Assembly: GCA_025057175.1 (NCBI GenBank)
Contig: JANWYE010000001.1
Location: 1-59,339 of the forward strand
DNA from: Chloroflexus sp.
GTDB taxonomy: Bacteria; Chloroflexota; Chloroflexia; Chloroflexales; Chloroflexaceae
Direction: 5' to 3'
Length of the DNA stretch: 59,339 bases
Below are positions 1-7,578 of this stretch, one piece after another (positions within the stretch are counted from its first letter, which is position 1; every line of letters starts with the position of its first letter). Both the position numbers and the translations under genes were made by a program. A model generated the notes under the pieces. It worked only from the letters and a program-made list of their open reading frames with translations. It was not told the origin of the DNA and did not search any database.

Positions 1-531
1 ACAAACCCCTTCGCGCCCTTTGCCTCCTCCGCGCCTTTGCGTTTCAACACCCTGCGCCTTTGCCTCCTCCGCGCCTTCCAGCTTCGGCGAATCTTTTGGA
101 TGCAGGGTCAGCAAAGGCGCAAAGGATTTCAACACCAAGACGCCAAGAGCGCAGAGGGCGCGGAGGTGGTTTGGGGATGGGTCACAAGCGTGCTTTCGCC
201 CCTCCCAACAAACCCCTCCGCGCCCTTCGCGTCCTCCGCGCCTCTGCGTTTCAACACCCTGCGCCTTTGCCTCCTCCGCGCCTTCCAGCTTCGGCGAATC
301 TTTTGGATGCAGGGTCAGCAAAGGCGCAAAGGATTTCCACGCCAAGACGCCAAGAGCGCAGAGGGCGCGGAGGTGGTTTGGGGAAGGGTCACAAACGCGC
401 TTTCGCCCCTCCCAACAAACCCCTCCGCGCCCTTCGCGTCCTCCGCGCCTTTGCGTTTCAACACCCTGCGCCTTTGCCTCCTCCGCGCCTTTGCGTTTCA
501 ACACCCTGCGCCTTTGCCTCCTCCGCGCCTC
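1..531. repeat. Tandem repeat with a 207-bp period (about 2.5 copies, truncated by the window edge), built from internally inverted GCGCAGAG/CTCTGCGC-type motifs, ending in duplicated 40-bp subunits
   Basis: ACAAACCCCT starts at 1, 208 and 415 and the units are near-identical. GCGCCTTTGCGTTTCAACACCCTGCGCCTTTGCCTCCTCC is tandemly duplicated at about 445-524. The repeated text in the plus-strand ORFs follows from 207 being a multiple of 3. Confidence 0.92.
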
Positions 532-532
532 T

Positions 533-2335
533 TTACTCCGCTACGTGGCTGAAGATGTCGGTCTCCGAGATAATCCCGATCGGTTCGCCGTTCTCAACCA
601 CTGCCAGCCGGCGGATGTTGCGCTCGACCATCAACGCCGCGCACTCGGCGATTGGCGTTTCTGGGCTGACGCTCAGCAAGGGCCGCGAAGTCAGATCGCC
701 AACGGTCAAACCGTTAACTGCCCGCCCCTCGCGTACCACCTTCTTCAGCACATCGCGCATCGTCATGATGCCCCACTGCCCGCTAGCGTCGGGCTTGACA
801 ATCACCGAGTGAATGCCCCGCCCGCGCATGTAGATCGCCGTCTCGCGCAGCGACGCCTCAGCCGGCACTGCCACCACTGCTCGCGTCATCACCGCCCCAA
901 CGCTGTCGTGCGGGTAGACCTTGCCATCGGCCCGGCGCAAGATCTCTGGCCCGAAGGTCTCTTCGGGGTGCGGAACGTGACCGGCGGCAATCTTCTCCAT
1001 GTTGGCAATGATCAAGTTGCCAAACTCCGACGTCTTCACCTCGCGTGCGCCCTCCATCAGGCGGGCAAAGTCGTAGGTGACAGTCTTGTCGGCGATGGTG
1101 CGCTCAAGGCCGGCGATAATCAGATCGGCGGCTTCCGTCCAGCCCATATAGCGTAGCATCATCTCTCCCGACAAGATCACCGAGCCGGGGTTGACCTTGT
1201 CGAGGTCGGCGTACTTCGGCGCAGTGCCGTGAGTAGCCTCGAAGATAGCGTGGCCGGTGACGTAATTGATGTTGCCGCCGGGAGCGATACCGATGCCGCC
1301 TACCTGTGCCGCTAGCGCGTCCGAGAGGTAGTCGCCGTTGAGGTTTGGCGCGACGATCACGTCAAACTCGTCGGGGCGCGTCAGCACCTGCTGGAAGATG
1401 ATGTCGGCAATGGTGTCCTTGACCAAAATCTTGCCGCTGGCCAGTGCCTCTTTCTGTTCGGCGTTGGCCGCCGCCTCGCCGCGCGCCGCCTTGGTGCGCT
1501 CCCACTGCGCCCACGTGTAGACATAATCGCCAAAGGCGCGCTCGGCGTACTCATAAGCCCAATCGCGGAAGGCGCCCTCGGTGAACTTCTGAATGTTCCC
1601 CTTGTGCATGATGGTGATGCTCTTCCGCTTATAGTTGATCGCGTACTGGATCGCCGCCGCCATGATCCGCTCGGTGCCGATCCGGCTGATCGGCTTGATG
1701 CCGATCCCCACCTCGATCCGGCCCTCCGGCGCTTCGCCGATCAATTGGCGGAACTCGTCGGTCTTTTCGGGGGTGCCGAAGCGGATCTTGTCGAAATCTT
1801 TGGGGAATTCGCGCTGCAAGAATTCGATAATCTTGGCCGCTTCTGCGCTGCCACCCCGGTACTCGATGCCGGTGTAGACATCTTCCGTATTCTCGCGGAA
1901 GATGACCATATCAACCTTCTCCGGGTGCTTGACCGGCGAGGGTACGCCGGCAAAGTGGCGCACCGGGCGCTGGCAGACGTACAGATCGAGATGCTTGCGC
2001 AGCGCCACGTTTAACGAGCGAATGCCGCCGCCGACCGGCGTCGTCAGCGGGCCTTTAATCCCGACCAGATACTTCTGGAAGGTCTCGATGGTCTCATCCG
2101 GCAACCAGTTGCCGGTCATTTGAAAGGCCTTCTCGCCGGCTAGGACCTCAACCCACTCGATCTTGCGCTTGCCGCCGTAGGCCAGCGCCACCGCAGCATC
2201 GAATACGCGCACGCTGGCCCGCCAAATGTCGCGCCCGGTGCCATCACCCTCGACGAAGGGGATGATTGGATGATCAGGCACCTGCAAGCGCCCGTTAATA
2301 ATTTGAATGGCCTCGCCTGCTGGCGTCGAGTTCAT
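533..2335 (-). CDS. icd: NADP-dependent isocitrate dehydrogenase (homodimeric type) with a C-terminal CBS-domain pair
   Basis: [49 protein letters not shown] and VTYDFAR (NADP-type residues). The last ~130 aa ([12 protein letters not shown]...GIMTMRDV...[20 protein letters not shown]) form two CBS motifs. RBS AAGGAG upstream. Confidence 0.95.
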   Translation of the reverse strand: MNSTPAGEAIQIINGRLQVPDHPIIPFVEGDGTGRDIWRASVRVFDAAVALAYGGKRKIEWVEVLAGEKAFQMTGNWLPDETIETFQKYLVGIKGPLTTPVGGGIRSLNVALRKHLDLYVCQRPVRHFAGVPSPVKHPEKVDMVIFRENTEDVYTGIEYRGGSAEAAKIIEFLQREFPKDFDKIRFGTPEKTDEFRQLIGEAPEGRIEVGIGIKPISRIGTERIMAAAIQYAINYKRKSITIMHKGNIQKFTEGAFRDWAYEYAERAFGDYVYTWAQWERTKAARGEAAANAEQKEALASGKILVKDTIADIIFQQVLTRPDEFDVIVAPNLNGDYLSDALAAQVGGIGIAPGGNINYVTGHAIFEATHGTAPKYADLDKVNPGSVILSGEMMLRYMGWTEAADLIIAGLERTIADKTVTYDFARLMEGAREVKTSEFGNLIIANMEKIAAGHVPHPEETFGPEILRRADGKVYPHDSVGAVMTRAVVAVPAEASLRETAIYMRGRGIHSVIVKPDASGQWGIMTMRDVLKKVVREGRAVNGLTVGDLTSRPLLSVSPETPIAECAALMVERNIRRLAVVENGEPIGIISETDIFSHVAE

Positions 2336-2410
2336 CGCTCTACTCCTTCACGCCTTACAATAGATTGCGGCCTGTATTATAGCCGACAATCGCCGTCTTG
2401 ACTACTAGTG

Positions 2411-2584
2411 GCGGCGCAGAGGATGTGTGTAAACGCAGAGGCGCAGAGAACGCCAAGCGCGTGGTTGTAGTGGGATTGCCCCACAGCGCCCTCCTACCCC
2501 ACCCATCACATATCTCTGCGCCCTCTGCGCTCCTTGCGCCTTTGCGTTAAACCCCTCCGCGCCTCTGCCTCCCCCGCGCCTCTT
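2411..2584. repeat. Palindromic repeat element of the same family as 1-531
   Basis: AAACGCAGAGGCGCAGAGAACGCCAAG on the left pairs with CTCTGCGCCCTCTGCGCTCCTTGCGCCTTTGCGTT on the right, followed by CCCCTCCGCGCCTCTGCCTCCCCCGCGCCTCT, which matches the end of the 1-531 repeat. Confidence 0.8.
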
Positions 2585-2641
2585 ACATTGCACACCTTTT
2601 TTCAGATAGATCGCACCGGCAACTTCATTAGATCGTGCTGA

Positions 2642-2669
2642 TTGACACAACCTTGAAGACAGGTATAAT
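2642..2669 (+). promoter_or_regulatory. Sigma70-type promoter of the nuo operon
   Basis: Exact TTGACA (2642-2647), 16-bp spacer, exact TATAAT (2664-2669), about 60 nt upstream of nuoA. Confidence 0.8.
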
Positions 2670-2728
2670 TCCATTGACACCTCCGCCTGCGCTGGCAGGT
2701 TCCGCGATTGCACGCTGTGAGGCCGCTT

Positions 2729-3085
2729 ATGCTCGATGCATACGTTCCGGTATTGATCCTCTTTTTGATCGCCGTCTTTATTGCTGCGTTCGTCATAACC
2801 CTTTCCGCCCTGCTCGGCCCGCGCCGCAGCACCCCGCGCAAGCTCGCGCCTTACGAGTCGGGCATGGATCCGGTCGGGCCGGCTATCCGGCGTATTCCGG
2901 TCAAGTTTTACGTGGTGGCGATGCTGTTCATCGTTTTCGATATTGAAGTCGTCTTCTTCTATCCGTTTGCGCTGGTCTTTCGCCAGCTCGGCTTCGCCGG
3001 CCTCGCGGCAATGGGGGTCTTCTTTCTGGTGCTGCTTATCGGCTTTGTCTATGAGTGGAAGAAGGGGGCGTTGCGATGGGAATAG
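2729..3085 (+). CDS. nuoA: NADH-quinone oxidoreductase subunit A
   Basis: PYESGMDP and [17 protein letters not shown]...[10 protein letters not shown] motifs; start taken at ATG 2729. Confidence 0.96.
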   Translation: MLDAYVPVLILFLIAVFIAAFVITLSALLGPRRSTPRKLAPYESGMDPVGPAIRRIPVKFYVVAMLFIVFDIEVVFFYPFALVFRQLGFAGLAAMGVFFLVLLIGFVYEWKKGALRWE

Positions 3086-3600
3086 AAGAGAAGGCCGGCA
3101 ATTTGGGTATTGTCACCACCACGCTTGAGACGGTGGTCAATTGGGGCCGCACGAATGCGATGTGGCCGTTGTTGTTTGGTCTCGCCTGTTGCGCGATCGA
3201 GATGATGGGTGCGCAGGCGAGTAATTACGATCTGTCGCGCTTCGGCATGGAGCTGAACCGCGCGTCGCCCCGCCAAGCCGATCTGATGATTGTTGCCGGT
3301 CGGGTGTCGCGTAAGATGGCGCCGGTTGTGCGTCGCCTGTACGATCAGATGCCCGAACCAAAATGGGTGATCGCGATGGGTGATTGTGCAGCCTGCGGCG
3401 GTATCTTCAATAACTACGCGATTGTCCAAGGCGTTGATGAGGTGGTGCCAGTTGATGTCTATGTCGCCGGTTGCCCGCCCCGACCTGAAGCCTTAATTGA
3501 TGGCATCATGATGCTGCATCAGAAGGTGATGCGCGAGAAACTGAGCGGCAAAAAGGAAGCGCCGATCCGGCTTGAGCAGCCGCTTGTGCAGGTGAAGTAG
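3076..3600 (+). CDS. nuoB: NADH-quinone oxidoreductase subunit B
   Basis: [18 protein letters not shown] and GCPPRPE (N2 cluster ligands). Confidence 0.97.
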   Translation: MGIEEKAGNLGIVTTTLETVVNWGRTNAMWPLLFGLACCAIEMMGAQASNYDLSRFGMELNRASPRQADLMIVAGRVSRKMAPVVRRLYDQMPEPKWVIAMGDCAACGGIFNNYAIVQGVDEVVPVDVYVAGCPPRPEALIDGIMMLHQKVMREKLSGKKEAPIRLEQPLVQVK

Positions 3601-3601
3601 T

Positions 3602-4120
3602 ATGGATAACCAGACCGTGCTTGCTGCGTTGCGCGATAACGTTGGCAAAGAGATTCTGGCCGTGAACGAGTTCCGTGGCGATCTGAGCGTGACGCTGACG
3701 CCGGCCGGCTATCTGGCCGCGGCGCAGTTTCTCCGCGACGATCCGGAATTGGCCTATACCTTCCTCGAAAACCTCTGCGGGGTTGATTACCTCGGCCGCA
3801 AGCCGCGCTTCGAAGTGGTCGCCCATCTCACCAGTATGCGCCATCGCCATCGCGTGTGCTTGAAGGTTGGTTGCGATGAGCCGAACCCGACGGTGCCCTC
3901 GCTGACGCCGCTCTTCCCGACTGCCAATTATCAAGAGCGCGAGACGTTTGATCTGCTCGGTATTCATTTTGCCGGCCATCCCTCGCTCACCCGTATTTTG
4001 TTGCCCGATGATTGGGTCGGCCATCCGCTGCGCAAGGATCATCCGCTAGGTGACGAAGAGGTTGCGTTTTCCTTCAATCAGGATCGCATCTACGCGCGCA
4101 AGCCGTTTGCAAGGGAGTAG
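3602..4120 (+). CDS. nuoC: NADH-quinone oxidoreductase subunit C
   Basis: ERETFDLLGIHFAGHP...GHPLRKD signature. Confidence 0.96.
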   Translation: MDNQTVLAALRDNVGKEILAVNEFRGDLSVTLTPAGYLAAAQFLRDDPELAYTFLENLCGVDYLGRKPRFEVVAHLTSMRHRHRVCLKVGCDEPNPTVPSLTPLFPTANYQERETFDLLGIHFAGHPSLTRILLPDDWVGHPLRKDHPLGDEEVAFSFNQDRIYARKPFARE

Positions 4121-4123
4121 TGT

Positions 4124-5359
4124 ATGGCCGAACCGATTACTGTGCCGACCCCTCAGCAGATTATCGAGCCGGCAGTGGCAGGTCGCACCGAGACGATGGT
4201 GCTCAATATGGGGCCGCACCATCCGAGCACCCACGGCGTGTTGCGCTTGGTGCTTGAGCTTGACGGCGAGGTGGTGGTCAATGTCGCTCCCGATGTTGGG
4301 TATCTCCATACCGGCATCGAGAAGACGATGGAGAGCAAGACCTATCAGAAGGCGGTGGTGTTGACCGACCGTATGGATTATCTGGCTCCGCTCTCCAACA
4401 ATCTGTGCTATGCGTTGGCGGTCGAGAAGTTGCTCGGCGTCGAAATTCCTGAGCGCGCCCAGATCGCTCGTGTCTTGCTTACCGAGCTGCAACGCATTTC
4501 GTCGCATCTGGTTTGGCTGGGCACCCACGCTCTCGATCTGGCCGCGATGAGCGTCTTTCTCTACGCCTTCCGCGAGCGTGAGCAGATCCTCGATATTTTC
4601 GAGTTGGTCTCCGGCGCTCGCATGATGACCAGCTATTTCCGCATCGGCGGCCTCGCGTATGACCTGCCGGCTGATTTTATCCCCACAGTCGAGCAGTTCC
4701 TCGCCATTATGCCGTCGCGTATTGATGAGTACGAGGATTTGCTGACTGCGAATCCGCTCTGGCTTGAACGCACTGTCGGCGTGGGTGTGATTGATGCTCA
4801 ATCGGCGATTGCGCTTGGCCTCACCGGCGCTAATCTGCGCGCAACTGGCGTTGCCTACGATGTGCGCAAGGCGATGCCGTATAGCGGCTATGAGACGTAC
4901 TCGTTCGAGATTCCTATCGGCAAGAATGGCGATATTTACGATCGCTATCGGGTGCGTATCGCCGAGATGCGCCAGAGCGTGAAGATCGTGCAGCAAGCGA
5001 CTGAGCGGCTGCGCGAGTTGGGGCCGGGGCCGGTGGTGACATCCGATCGCAAAGTCGCTCCGCCACCCAAGCGCGAGATTACCGAGAGTATGGAGTCGCT
5101 CATCCATCACTTTAAGCTGTGGACGGAAGGCTTTAAGCCGCCACGTGGCGATGCCTATGTGAGCATCGAGTCGCCGCGCGGTATTCTCGGCTGTTACGTG
5201 GTGAGCGATGGCAGCCCTAAGCCGTGGCGGGTTCACTTCCGCGCGCCGTCGTTTATCAATTTGCAGAGTTTGGCCCATATGGCCAAGGGTCGCATGGTGG
5301 CCGATCTGGTTGCCCTGATCGCTAGCCTCGATCCGGTGCTGGGTGAGGTGGATCGCTAA
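4124..5359 (+). CDS. nuoD: NADH-quinone oxidoreductase subunit D
   Basis: NMGPHHPSTHGVLRL, GYLHTGIEK, DRMDY and C-terminal LDPVLGEVDR. Confidence 0.97.
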   Translation: MAEPITVPTPQQIIEPAVAGRTETMVLNMGPHHPSTHGVLRLVLELDGEVVVNVAPDVGYLHTGIEKTMESKTYQKAVVLTDRMDYLAPLSNNLCYALAVEKLLGVEIPERAQIARVLLTELQRISSHLVWLGTHALDLAAMSVFLYAFREREQILDIFELVSGARMMTSYFRIGGLAYDLPADFIPTVEQFLAIMPSRIDEYEDLLTANPLWLERTVGVGVIDAQSAIALGLTGANLRATGVAYDVRKAMPYSGYETYSFEIPIGKNGDIYDRYRVRIAEMRQSVKIVQQATERLRELGPGPVVTSDRKVAPPPKREITESMESLIHHFKLWTEGFKPPRGDAYVSIESPRGILGCYVVSDGSPKPWRVHFRAPSFINLQSLAHMAKGRMVADLVALIASLDPVLGEVDR

Positions 5360-5392
5360 AGGTTGCTGGGGTTATGCATAAGAGGCGCTTCT

Positions 5393-5451
5393 GCTCTCGC
5401 CCCTCCAGCCCGCTCTCGCGTGCTAGCGAGAGCAGGGCTGGGAGTGAGGGC
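5393..5451. repeat. REP-like palindrome (CCCTC..CCAGCCC.CTCTC / GAGAG..GGGCTGG..GTGAGGG family) between nuoD and nuoE
   Basis: Long imperfect inverted repeat; related elements at 10304-10353, 10438-10486, 15248-15292 and 17017-17053. Confidence 0.7.
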
Positions 5452-5479
5452 CATATCCATTCTGTCCACGGAGGAGACA

Positions 5480-6172
5480 GTGACTCTACTCGAAACCCAT
5501 CAGGCTGAAATCGAGGCGATTGTCGCCCGTTACGCTAGCAAGCGCAGCGCTGTGTTGCCGCTGCTCTACCTTGCTCAAGATACCTACGGCTATCTGACCG
5601 ACGAGGCGATCCGCGAGGTGGCGACCATCCTCGAATTGCCTGCCACCGATGTCTATGAAGTGGTCGGGTTTTACACCCTCTTTTATAATCGTCCGGTAGG
5701 AACGTGGGTGTTGCAGGTCTGTGACGATGTGCCTTGCTGTTACTGCGGCGCTGAGGAGTTGATCGCGGCGCTGAAGCAGACGCTCGGCATTCACGAGGAT
5801 GAGACGACGCCCGACGGGATGTTTACGCTCCAGCGGGTGAAGTGTCTGGCCGCTTGCGACCGCGCTCCCGTGTTGCAAGCAAACCTCGATTACGTGTACG
5901 ACGTGACGCCCGATCGGGTGCAGACGCTGCTCAACGATCTGCGCTCGCGCGCTGCCGAGGCGCGGAAGCGCGGCGTGAGTGGCCGCTTTGCCGAAGATTA
6001 CGAATTTACCCGCGATGGCCGCTTGGTGCAGATCGAGCGGTTTTCGCCCTACCGTCCGCGTGAGTTTGTGATTGAACCGCCGGCCCAACCGGCTACGCCG
6101 CCGCCTTCGGTGGCGCCCGAGGCCGATGCCGGCCTTGATCGGCCTGATACGCGCAAGGCCTCGCCGTTGTGA
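5480..6172 (+). CDS. nuoE: NADH-quinone oxidoreductase subunit E with a C-terminal extension
   Basis: VCDDVPC...CLAACDRAP 2Fe-2S motif; GTG start after the GGAGGAG RBS. Confidence 0.94.
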   Translation: MTLLETHQAEIEAIVARYASKRSAVLPLLYLAQDTYGYLTDEAIREVATILELPATDVYEVVGFYTLFYNRPVGTWVLQVCDDVPCCYCGAEELIAALKQTLGIHEDETTPDGMFTLQRVKCLAACDRAPVLQANLDYVYDVTPDRVQTLLNDLRSRAAEARKRGVSGRFAEDYEFTRDGRLVQIERFSPYRPREFVIEPPAQPATPPPSVAPEADAGLDRPDTRKASPL

Positions 6173-6214
6173 TACCGCGCCGTTGCCGCTTGGCGCGCTA
6201 GAAAGTTGAGTGCG

Positions 6215-7519
6215 ATGGGGCTGAGTGAACATATTGTGATGCGGGAACTCGATATTCCCGATATTGCCGATTTTGAGGTCTATCGCCGCCACGGCGGCTG
6301 GGAAGCATATCGCTACGCCTTAACCGAGAAGACGCCGGCTGATATTGTTCAAATGGTGAAGGAGTCTGGCCTGCGCGGGCGCGGCGGGGCCGGCTTTCCC
6401 ACCGGCATCAAGTGGGGCTTTTTGCCCAAAGGTGTCTACCCGCGCTACCTGCTCTGCAATTGTGATGAGTCTGAGCCGGGGACGTTCAATAATCATCAGA
6501 TTATCGACAAGAACCCCCATCAATTAATTGAAGGTGTGGCGCTGTCGGCCTACGCAATCGAGGCTGAAGTGGCTTACATCTACATGCGCGGTGAGTTCGC
6601 AGCCGCGGCGCGCACCCTCGAACGAGCGATTGCGCAGGCGTATGCAGCCGGTTTTCTCGGCAAGAAGATTCTCGGCACCGATTTCAATCTCGACATCTAC
6701 GTCCATCGCGGCGCCGGCGCCTATATCTGCGGCGAAGAGACCGCGCTGATGGAGTCGCTCGAAGGCAAGATTGGTCAGCCCCGTCTCAAGCCGCCTTTCC
6801 CGGCGGTGGCCGGTTTGTACGGCAAACCGACGATTATCAACAACGTCGAGACGCTGGCCAACGTGCCGCGCATTGTCGAGAAAGGAGTGGCGTGGTACCG
6901 CTCGCACGGAACCGAGAAGAGTCCCGGCACCAAGTGTTTCTCGCTCAGCGGTCACGTTAATCGTCCCGGTAACTATGAGTTGCCCTTCGGTGTGCCGCTG
7001 CGCGAACTGATCGAGTCGCCCGAATATGGCGGTGGTATGAAGGGTGGCCGCCCGGTGAAGATTATTATTCCCGGCGGCGCATCTGCGCCGTGGTTAACTG
7101 CTGATCATCTCGACGTGCCGCTCGATTACGAGAGTGTCGCCGCCGCCGGTTCGATGCTCGGCTCCGGCGCTGTGATTGTGCTCAACGATACCGTGTCGGC
7201 TCCGCACGTCGCCTACAAGATGGACGAGTTCTTTAAGCATGAAAGTTGTGGCAAGTGTACTCCCTGCCGCGAGGGCACGCACTGGCTCGTGCGGGTGCTC
7301 CATCGCATGGTGGAAGAGGGCCACGCCACGGCTGCCGATATTGATACGCTGCACAGCATCTATCGCCAGATGGCCGGTAACTGTTTCTGCCTGCTTGGCG
7401 AGAGCGCTGTGATGCCGATTAAGAGTGCCCTTGCGCTCTTCCCGCATGAATTTGAAGCGCTGGTTAAGCAGAGTAGCCGCCATAATGGCCATCATATTCC
7501 GCTGATGGTTCACCGCTGA
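6215..7519 (+). CDS. nuoF: NADH-quinone oxidoreductase subunit F
   Basis: GLRGRGGAGFPTG, GAGAYICGEETAL and ESCGKCTPCREG. Confidence 0.97.
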   Translation: MGLSEHIVMRELDIPDIADFEVYRRHGGWEAYRYALTEKTPADIVQMVKESGLRGRGGAGFPTGIKWGFLPKGVYPRYLLCNCDESEPGTFNNHQIIDKNPHQLIEGVALSAYAIEAEVAYIYMRGEFAAAARTLERAIAQAYAAGFLGKKILGTDFNLDIYVHRGAGAYICGEETALMESLEGKIGQPRLKPPFPAVAGLYGKPTIINNVETLANVPRIVEKGVAWYRSHGTEKSPGTKCFSLSGHVNRPGNYELPFGVPLRELIESPEYGGGMKGGRPVKIIIPGGASAPWLTADHLDVPLDYESVAAAGSMLGSGAVIVLNDTVSAPHVAYKMDEFFKHESCGKCTPCREGTHWLVRVLHRMVEEGHATAADIDTLHSIYRQMAGNCFCLLGESAVMPIKSALALFPHEFEALVKQSSRHNGHHIPLMVHR

Positions 7520-7578
7520 CCAACCTAGTAGGGCTGAGGGTAAGGGCTATACCCGCGACTAGAACAGGGTAGTGTGCA

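Noticed and set aside
1-531. CRISPR array (GTTTCAAC-containing repeats)
   Set aside because: The intervening sequences are near-identical rather than unique spacers, the period is 207 bp, and there are no cas genes.
20-1156. Plus-strand ORFs of 378, 171 and 250 aa
   Set aside because: They result from a stop-free repeat plus the antisense strand of icd and have low-complexity, non-protein-like sequence.
4046-5278. Long antisense ORFs opposite nuoD (and similarly opposite nuoE, atpD and atpA)
   Set aside because: Typical shadow ORFs of GC-rich coding sequence with no recognisable motifs.
5363-5479. Upstream ORF-track extensions of nuoE (also homoserine dehydrogenase, ybeY, atpG, nuoI and the 21361 ORF)
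   Set aside because: They run through palindromes or promoters; better RBS-supported starts or starts matching the family N-terminus lie downstream.
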